Origin: Candidatus Yanofskybacteria bacterium
Lineage (GTDB): Bacteria > Patescibacteriota > Minisyncoccia > 2-02-FULL-40-12 > GWA2-44-9
Length of the DNA: 64,000 bases
Direction: 5' to 3'
Assembly: GCA_003151795.1 (NCBI GenBank)
Contig: PLYL01000008.1
Location: 3,103-67,102, forward strand
Part shown: positions 57,429 to 64,000 of the stretch, piece by piece
How positions within the stretch are numbered: position 1 is the first letter of the stretch
Layout of the letters: every line of letters begins with the position of its first letter
The notes under the pieces: generated by a model
The model's input: the letters and a program-made list of their open reading frames with translations, nothing else
The model's database searches: none
What the model was told of the DNA's origin: nothing
Position numbers and translations under genes: made by a program

Positions 57429-60005
57429 ATGCCAGGCAGTGAAAATGGCGGGCAAGCGATGTTTGACGTGAAGCCGGTGGATGAATCCGGCGCTCTTGAT
57501 GTTCAAAAAATCGACGCCGTTCAGCCGATAATCAACCTCGCCTCATTCAGGCCCAAGAAGCGCGCCGTGGCGCAGAAGCAAGAAGCAAGAATTAAGAATC
57601 AAGAGGAAAAAATTACCTCGCTAGTTACGCCGTCCGAAGAAATGTTGCCGCCGGTGATTGGTTTGCCGTCTCGCCAGGATATCAAAGAGCAGTTCGAGGA
57701 ACTCATGAATCATGACCTCGATCTGGGTATCGAGCTGGCGCAAATAAATATTATTAACCCACCCAAATTTTCCGGAGAAAAACTTAGGCGGGCAAGGCCT
57801 CGCTATCAAATTATTCAAAGCCGTTCGTCGAGAGTCCCCGCGCCTGAAGATGACCTATACGCGCCGCTCATCGCCGCTATCCATCAATCGGCCAAAACCA
57901 TTTCTCATGAAGAATATATCAGTCCGGAAATTCTCGCCGAGCTCGATGCAACCCTGATACCCAACGAGCTTTCTCAATCGGCCGAGACGGATGTGCGATC
58001 GCTCTTTGCTGGACCATCGATTCAGCTCATCGCTAAAAAGAAATCTTTTCCGAAGGCGTCTCGTATTCGCAAATGGCCTAAATTTAAAATTCCTCGAGCC
58101 TATGTTTTTATCGCTATTGCTGCGGCCATTGCGCTGGCGCTTATCATTCTTTATGGCTTTCACGTGAAGCGCCAGATTGTGCAACAGAGCTCGGCCGCCG
58201 TGGCCAATCTCCAGACCGCTCAAGGCGATTTAAAAGCGCTTGATTTTAAAAACGCTTCCCAAGATTTCTTTTCGGCCTACGCTGATTTTTCTCAAGCCGG
58301 CAATAGTTTGAATGTCTTCGGCGCGGGCATTACCGACATTCTTTCAGCTCTGCCGGGCGGGAGTACGCTCAAGTCCGCCAAGAATTTGGTCCAAGTCGGC
58401 CAGTTGCTTTCGGCCGCTGGCACATCAATGACGACGGCGCTTGATGCGGTTGCCAAGACCGGCGCAATTAGCGACCCCACTAATCCCCAGGTGCCAATCG
58501 GGCCGATTGTCAGCGCTTTGAAGAAGGCGCTTTTAGCTTCTCAACAGCAAGTGGCCCAAGCGAGCACGCTCATGGCTGATATTGATAGCAGTATCATTCC
58601 TATCGACAAGCAGGCCGGCTTTGATGATTTGAAAGCCAAACTGCCAGAGTTGGAAGCGGGCGTGAATATGAGCGCCGACTATGCCAAGTTTTTTGAAAAT
58701 TTAATCAATAACGGTAACGCCAAATATCTTGTGATGTTCCAGAACGGTTCCGAACTTCGGCCCACGGGCGGGTTTCCGGGGACGTATGGCGTGGTCTCGT
58801 TTACTGATGGCAAGATGGACAGCCTGTTTGTTGATGATGTCTATAATCTCGACGGCCAGCTCAAAGAAAACATTATCCCTCCGCTTCAGCTTCAGCACAT
58901 TACGCCCAATTGGGGGATGCGCGATTCCAATTGGTATGTCGATTTTCCAACGTCGGCCCGTAACATTCAAGCCTTTTATAAAAAAGAATCTGGCCAAAGC
59001 GTGGATGGCGTAATCATCATCAATCCCGAAATGATTGCGAAGATTCTCGATATTGTCGGGCCGATTGATATGCCCCAATACCACCTCACCCTCACGGCTG
59101 ATAATGTCCTCACGACCATCCAAAGCCAAGTCGAGTATGGCACGAATCGGGTCCAGCCTAAACAAATCGTCAAAGATTTCGCGCCGTTACTGCTGGCAAA
59201 AATATACTCCGCTGGTTCAGATAAATGGCTTCAAATTTTCAACACGCTTATCTTAAGCATGAATCAGCGCGATGTCTTGATGTCTTTTAATAACTTATCT
59301 CTCGAAAGCTTCGTGACTGACAAAGGCTTCGGGGGCCAAGTCCAGGAGGCGAAAGGCCAGGACTATCTGATGCCCGTCATCACTAACATCAAAGGTTCTA
59401 AAACCGACGCTGTCACGGATACGTCATTCGCAATCGATACGACATTTGACGGTACAACCGCTGTCCACACGCTCACCATTACCCGCCAACATAACGGCGG
59501 CGGGGAGAAGTTTGGATTCTATAATAAACAAAATCCGGCCTATGTCCGCGTCCTCGTGCCTGATGGTGCAGAACTGGTTTCCGTGACTGGCAATGACCAG
59601 CCGAACTTCGCTCCGATTATCAACTACGCGAAAGATAAGAGTTTTGTTCGTGATGACGAATTGAATGTTTTCGAGACAAGCGGGACGACCGACAATGCGA
59701 CTGACGTCGTAACCTATCGCGAATCCGGCAAAACCGAATTCGGCTTCTGGCTCATCACCGATCCCGGAAAATCAAAGACCGTCACGGTCACTTATCGCGT
59801 CCCGAATGCCTTGACTGATAAGGCCTACCAACTCTACATCCAGAAACAGCCCGCTCTCGTGGTAAAGAATTTCTCATTCTCGATGCAAAAACCTGACGGT
59901 CTCATGCCCGACGCTTCGGCTCCGGTCCTGACTACTGATGGTTCGTCATACGACTACTCGGCACCGCTCACCGAAGACCTTGCCGTCAAGGTTAATTTCA
60001 AGTAA
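57429..60005 (+). CDS. DUF4012-like membrane-anchored protein
   Basis: YLVMFQN.SELRPTGGF.G, RDSNWY.DFPTSA, YIQKQP. Confidence 0.8.
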   Translation: MPGSENGGQAMFDVKPVDESGALDVQKIDAVQPIINLASFRPKKRAVAQKQEARIKNQEEKITSLVTPSEEMLPPVIGLPSRQDIKEQFEELMNHDLDLGIELAQINIINPPKFSGEKLRRARPRYQIIQSRSSRVPAPEDDLYAPLIAAIHQSAKTISHEEYISPEILAELDATLIPNELSQSAETDVRSLFAGPSIQLIAKKKSFPKASRIRKWPKFKIPRAYVFIAIAAAIALALIILYGFHVKRQIVQQSSAAVANLQTAQGDLKALDFKNASQDFFSAYADFSQAGNSLNVFGAGITDILSALPGGSTLKSAKNLVQVGQLLSAAGTSMTTALDAVAKTGAISDPTNPQVPIGPIVSALKKALLASQQQVAQASTLMADIDSSIIPIDKQAGFDDLKAKLPELEAGVNMSADYAKFFENLINNGNAKYLVMFQNGSELRPTGGFPGTYGVVSFTDGKMDSLFVDDVYNLDGQLKENIIPPLQLQHITPNWGMRDSNWYVDFPTSARNIQAFYKKESGQSVDGVIIINPEMIAKILDIVGPIDMPQYHLTLTADNVLTTIQSQVEYGTNRVQPKQIVKDFAPLLLAKIYSAGSDKWLQIFNTLILSMNQRDVLMSFNNLSLESFVTDKGFGGQVQEAKGQDYLMPVITNIKGSKTDAVTDTSFAIDTTFDGTTAVHTLTITRQHNGGGEKFGFYNKQNPAYVRVLVPDGAELVSVTGNDQPNFAPIINYAKDKSFVRDDELNVFETSGTTDNATDVVTYRESGKTEFGFWLITDPGKSKTVTVTYRVPNALTDKAYQLYIQKQPALVVKNFSFSMQKPDGLMPDASAPVLTTDGSSYDYSAPLTEDLAVKVNFK

Positions 60006-60023
60006 CATCTTATCGAGGTTGTT

Positions 60024-60359
60024 ATGGATGAAGAAGTCCCTGAGGAAGTTCTTCGACAGAAGCCTGAAGAGCCCCTGGAACACGTTGGCTATTTCTCCGA
60101 ACGGATTGTTTGGACTGACGGCGACCTGGAGCGAATACTCGCGTTCGGGTGGCTGGAGATGAATCGGCGGTACCGTGGTGATTGTTTCCTCGATCTTCTT
60201 CTCAACAACGAGGGCCACGACGAATCTCAAGAAACGACTCAGCGTGATGCGCGAGTGGCCGCCACGGTTGTTCAGTGGTTCGGTTCGAACTGCGGTTTCG
60301 GCTTTATGGTGGACTGTCTCCGTAAAGCTGGTTACCAAGTTTCCGAACAGCCGAAGTAA
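60024..60359 (+). CDS. Hypothetical protein
   Basis: SD GAGGT; terminator about 60364-60397. Confidence 0.65.
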   Translation: MDEEVPEEVLRQKPEEPLEHVGYFSERIVWTDGDLERILAFGWLEMNRRYRGDCFLDLLLNNEGHDESQETTQRDARVAATVVQWFGSNCGFGFMVDCLRKAGYQVSEQPK

Positions 60360-60422
60360 AAACTAACGACCGGCCAAGCCCGGTCGTTACCTTTTTTATC
60401 CCCATAAGATACACTTTATATA

Positions 60423-60533
60423 ATGCTTAAATCTCGGATATTGCGGGCGAGTGTGATTATTGGGACGTTTAGTTTTGGGGTGGCGGCGGTGGGGCAGAAA
60501 CTAGTGCCGACTATTCAGTCAACAATGTTTTAA
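60423..60533 (+). pseudogene. Orphan diverged copy of the murJ 5' end (36-aa ORF)
   Basis: MLKSRILRASVIIGTFSF versus MurJ MFKSKILRASVIIGGFSF; 28-bp exact match. Confidence 0.8.
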
Positions 60534-60611
60534 TAATTTTTATCATTAGAGGCAGTATGTTCCAAAATGGAACTAACTGAATTTTTGTCCAACCCTTTTG
60601 AATCAGACAGG

Positions 60612-60656
60612 AACTTCATTAGTAATGTGCATTTTTTGCACATTACTAATGAAGTT
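60612..60656. repeat. Perfect 20-bp inverted repeat
   Basis: aacttcattagtaatgtgca-ttttt-tgcacattactaatgaagtt. Confidence 0.9.
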
Positions 60657-60713
60657 ATTTGAAAATCATGAATGACTGTTTTAGTTTTTCAAAAATTGTG
60701 GTTTAATTTTTCT

Positions 60714-61100
60714 ATGTCTAAAGATTTCAAGGCATGGCATGATAAAAAGGCGGATATTGATGAGATAGTGAAAAGACTGTTTTTCCATGAGCGAGAGATT
60801 TGGTATTGCCATCTAGGGCTTAACATTGGATTTGAACAAGACGGAAGAGGGGAAGATTTCTTAAGACCAATAATAGTGCTAAGAAAATTTAATAAAGAGG
60901 TACTCTGGATTGTCCCACTTACACATACCAAGAAAAATAGTAGATATTATTACTCTTTTAATTTTGTTGGTGCTACAAGTACAGCCATACTTTCACAGCT
61001 TAAACTTATTGATAGTCGCCGTTTGTCTTATAAAATAGGAGAAATTGATAGTGAAAGCTTTTTAAGTCTAAAACAAAAACTCAAGGTGATTTTGCCTTGA
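60714..61100 (+). CDS. PemK/MazF family toxin without adjacent protein antitoxin
   Basis: REIWYCHLGLNIGFEQDG...RPIIVL...VPLT...LSQLKLIDSRRL. Confidence 0.85.
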   Translation: MSKDFKAWHDKKADIDEIVKRLFFHEREIWYCHLGLNIGFEQDGRGEDFLRPIIVLRKFNKEVLWIVPLTHTKKNSRYYYSFNFVGATSTAILSQLKLIDSRRLSYKIGEIDSESFLSLKQKLKVILP

Positions 61101-61158
61101 GTTTTTGTTTTTTACCTCTGTCTTTCGACAGAGTCGAGCCGAAGCCATTTGTAGCTAC

Positions 61159-61187
61159 ATCCTATCAAATAACTTATTAACTGTCAA
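61159..61187 (-). promoter_or_regulatory. Antisense sigma70 promoter facing the toxin
   Basis: TTGACA-17 nt-TAGGAT on minus strand. Confidence 0.65.
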
Positions 61188-61195
61188 ATCAATCA

Positions 61196-62533
61196 ATGTT
61201 CAAGTCTAAGATATTGCGGGCGAGTGTGATTATTGGGGGATTTAGTTTTGTGGCTGATCTCGTTGCGTTGTTGAGAGACAGAATACTCACGTCGCATTTT
61301 GGAGCCACAAGGATGCTGGATATTTATTACAGCGCGTTCAAACTGCCGGATTTAGTTTTTAATTTGTTAGTGCTAGGGGCGGTATCCTCGGCGTTTATTC
61401 CGGTGTTCGTCGGGGAGTACAAAAAAGACGAGAAGAATGCGTGGCGCGTGGCGCAGAATTTTACCAGCATTGTTTTCGCGATGGTGCTTGTGTTCGCGGG
61501 CGTGCTGTGGATATTCGCGGGCTCGGTGGTTACGCTGATTGCGCCGGGGTTTATCGGCGCGGATAGACAGCTGGCGATTTCACTCACGCGAATAATGCTT
61601 TTGTCGCCAGTATTATTTTCGTTAAGTACGATTTGCGGTTCGATCTTGCAATCGCTCCAGCGATTCTGGGCCTATGCTATCGCGCCGGTGTTGTATAACG
61701 CGGGCATTATCGCGGGCGCGGTGTATTTCGTACCGTTGATGCGAGCCCATGGCTATCCTGAAGTCTATGGTTTGGGCTGGGGCGTGGTCTTGGGCGCTTT
61801 CGCGCATTTTGTATTGCAGTTTATCGCCGCGCGGATGGCCGGATTTAAATTTAAAGCGGTCTTTGATTTCGGCGATAAGAATTTCAGAAAGATATTTCGA
61901 TTGATGATTCCGCGTACCATCGGTCTGGGCGCGTACAGCATTGATTCGGCAGTGGTGAACGCGTTCGCCTCGACGATGACGGCCGGGAGCATCGCCGTTT
62001 TGAACGTCGCCAATAATTTGCAGTTCGTGCCGATTTCGGTGGTAGGCGTGGCCGTGGCCACGGCCGTGTTTCCGAAACTATCGGGCCACGGGTCGGATAA
62101 TGAGATGAAAGAATTTAAGCAAAAATTATATTCGGCTCTCCGAAACACCGCTTTCATTGTTACGCCCCTCGCGATTGCGGGAATATTCTTATCCCACTGG
62201 GCGATTAATTTTTTGTTCGGCGCCGGTTTATTCCATAGCGCCAGCGTGGGGCTCACGGCCTCGGTCCTGGCGATCTTTATGTTCGGGATTCCGGCCCAGA
62301 GCCTGATCCCGATTCTTTCCCGAGCCTTCTACGCTTTGCACAATACCAAGGCCCCTGTGCTTATTTCCATTTTTTCGATTATAATTAACTTAAGTCTGGC
62401 GTGGTTCTTTGGCGTCGTCCACGGCGGAGGCGTGAAGGGCCTGGCGATCGCGTTTGCTATCGCGGGGAATGTCAATTTCCTTCTGCTGTGGATATCTTTT
62501 ACAAGATTCTTTAAACGTGGTATAACAAGATAG
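61196..62533 (+). CDS. murJ: Lipid II flippase MurJ (MviN)
   Basis: AFKLPD, SAFIPVF, AVFPKLS, RAFYALHNTKAP. Confidence 0.92.
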   Translation: MFKSKILRASVIIGGFSFVADLVALLRDRILTSHFGATRMLDIYYSAFKLPDLVFNLLVLGAVSSAFIPVFVGEYKKDEKNAWRVAQNFTSIVFAMVLVFAGVLWIFAGSVVTLIAPGFIGADRQLAISLTRIMLLSPVLFSLSTICGSILQSLQRFWAYAIAPVLYNAGIIAGAVYFVPLMRAHGYPEVYGLGWGVVLGAFAHFVLQFIAARMAGFKFKAVFDFGDKNFRKIFRLMIPRTIGLGAYSIDSAVVNAFASTMTAGSIAVLNVANNLQFVPISVVGVAVATAVFPKLSGHGSDNEMKEFKQKLYSALRNTAFIVTPLAIAGIFLSHWAINFLFGAGLFHSASVGLTASVLAIFMFGIPAQSLIPILSRAFYALHNTKAPVLISIFSIIINLSLAWFFGVVHGGGVKGLAIAFAIAGNVNFLLLWISFTRFFKRGITR

Positions 62534-62553
62534 TACCCTAAACAGGAGAACCT

Positions 62554-62814
62554 ATGTCATTTGAACGACGATTCAGTAAGGTGGTGGCGAAAGAAAAGAA
62601 GAAAGAATTCTTCGGTCCGGACGGACATTTCACCAGTTTCGGTATTGAAGAATGGCTCTATGGCGATGTCAGCTACAGGAGTCAGCGTAAGAATCATCGA
62701 CCAGGCAAAGAACATCTAGCGATGTGTAAGACCTGCTCGGGTTTTATTCAACAGCGCCGTCTCACGGATCCAGGGGACAAGAGTCACGCCGTTCCTGTGG
62801 GAGATAGGGACTAA
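62554..62814 (+). CDS. Small protein with HxxxCxxC (ZAS-like) motif
   Basis: SD AGGAG; EHLAMCKTC. Confidence 0.55.
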   Translation: MSFERRFSKVVAKEKKKEFFGPDGHFTSFGIEEWLYGDVSYRSQRKNHRPGKEHLAMCKTCSGFIQQRRLTDPGDKSHAVPVGDRD

Positions 62815-62856
62815 GGGCCTCGCCGACGCGGGGCTCTCTCAATTTTTAACTTAACC

Positions 62857-64000
62857 ATGAATATTAGAAATTTTTGTATCATCGCCCACATTGATCATGG
62901 AAAATCGACCCTCGCGGATCGATTTTTAGAATTGACGGGTACGGTCGAGAAGCGAAAGATGCACGAACAGTATTTGGATACCATGGATTTGGAGCGCGAG
63001 CGAGGTATTACTATTAAACTCCAGCCGGTGCGGATGAATTATCAATACAAAGACGAAGCCTACATGCTTAATCTGATTGACACTCCCGGGCATGTTGATT
63101 TTACTTATGAAGTTTCGCGGTCGTTGGCGGCCGTGGAAGGGGCGATACTTTTAGTGGACGCATCCAAAGGCGTCCAAGCCCAGACGCTCGCGAATTTACA
63201 CCTCGCCCAACAGCAGAAACTAGTAATTGTACCCGTGATAAATAAAATAGATTTGCCGAATGCCCGCACCCTGCAAGTCAAAGAAGAACTGGCATACTTA
63301 CTCGGTATTGAGCCGGAAGAGATTCTAGAAATATCCGCCAAAAGCGGGTTAGGCGTCGAAGAACTTCTTCAGCGCGTGATTGAAAAGGTACCTTCACCCT
63401 CCCAAATTTTGTCTGACAAAAATTGGGAGGGCAAGCCAACCACAACTTCAGCCGAAGTCGAATTGAAGGCGCTCATTTTTGATTCTTCTTTTGATACCTA
63501 TAAAGGCGTGATCGCGTATGTCCGCGTCTTCAGCGGTTCCTTAAAACAGAGCATGCCGATTAGCGCGTACGCGTCGCGGGCGAAGGCCGAAGTGCTTGAA
63601 GTCGGCTATTTTTCTCCCGGTTTGGTCGAATCAAAACTTTTGGGTCCGGGTGAAATCGGCTATATCGCGACAGGCCTAAAAGATCCAGGCCAGATTCGGG
63701 TCGGCGATACGATTACAGATCAGAATTACGAAGCAAGAAGTAAGAATCACGAATTTAAACCTCTGGCGGGCTACAAAGAACCTCGGCCGATGGTGTTCGC
63801 CAGTTTCTTCCCCGTCGAAGGCGAAGCCTATGATCTGCTCAAAGACGCGCTGTCGAAGCTCAAGCTGACCGACGCCTCGCTGATTTATGAGCCGGAATCT
63901 TCCGCCGGACTGGGCCGGGGCTTTCGAGTTGGATTTTTGGGGATGCTGCACGTGGAAATTATATCCGAGCGGTTGCATCGGGAATTTAATTTGAATTTAA
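62857..64000 (+). CDS. lepA: Elongation factor 4 (runs off window; absent from ORF track)
   Basis: MNIRNFCIIAHIDHGKSTLADR, DTPGHVDF, NKID, GFLGMLH. Confidence 0.97.
   Translation, partial: MNIRNFCIIAHIDHGKSTLADRFLELTGTVEKRKMHEQYLDTMDLERERGITIKLQPVRMNYQYKDEAYMLNLIDTPGHVDFTYEVSRSLAAVEGAILLVDASKGVQAQTLANLHLAQQQKLVIVPVINKIDLPNARTLQVKEELAYLLGIEPEEILEISAKSGLGVEELLQRVIEKVPSPSQILSDKNWEGKPTTTSAEVELKALIFDSSFDTYKGVIAYVRVFSGSLKQSMPISAYASRAKAEVLEVGYFSPGLVESKLLGPGEIGYIATGLKDPGQIRVGDTITDQNYEARSKNHEFKPLAGYKEPRPMVFASFFPVEGEAYDLLKDALSKLKLTDASLIYEPESSAGLGRGFRVGFLGMLHVEIISERLHREFNLNL

Noticed and set aside
1-64000. Alternative genetic code (TGA recoding) or prophage
   Set aside because: Core genes are intact under code 11 with TGA as stop; no phage structural or integrase genes seen

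Overview
Core-chromosome segment of a Candidate Phyla Radiation (Patescibacteria, probably Parcubacteria) bacterium, code 11; the taxonomy is inferred from gene content and style. Housekeeping genes include a pheS fused to an anticodon-binding domain, intein-containing gyrB, secE-nusG-rplK, tmk-thyX-dcd, gatB, miaA, thrS, dnaE, rpmF-nusB-rnc, rpsP, tsaC, parAB, topA, dprA, tpiA, pgk, rnhA, murJ and a partial lepA. Also present are tRNA-Asp, tRNA-Leu, RNase P RNA, surface and glycan genes, an R-M-like pair, three toxin-antitoxin-type loci and many stand-alone ORFans. Main unexplained structure: (1) 7-nt-period repeat arrays and short palindromes inserted in-frame in essential genes and as inverted arrays at gene junctions; (2) a 67-bp leader duplicated before nusG and rplK; (3) a leader-peptide attenuator ahead of a putative ATP-grasp/PIG-L deacetylase/GT4 cluster; (4) an orphan PemK/MazF gene facing a consensus antisense promoter; (5) orphaned diverged copies of the rnc 3' end and murJ 5' end flanking inserted genes; (6) several long structured non-coding RNA candidates and a 135-nt insertion in RNase P RNA. 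All calls are by eye; no database searches or folding programs were run.
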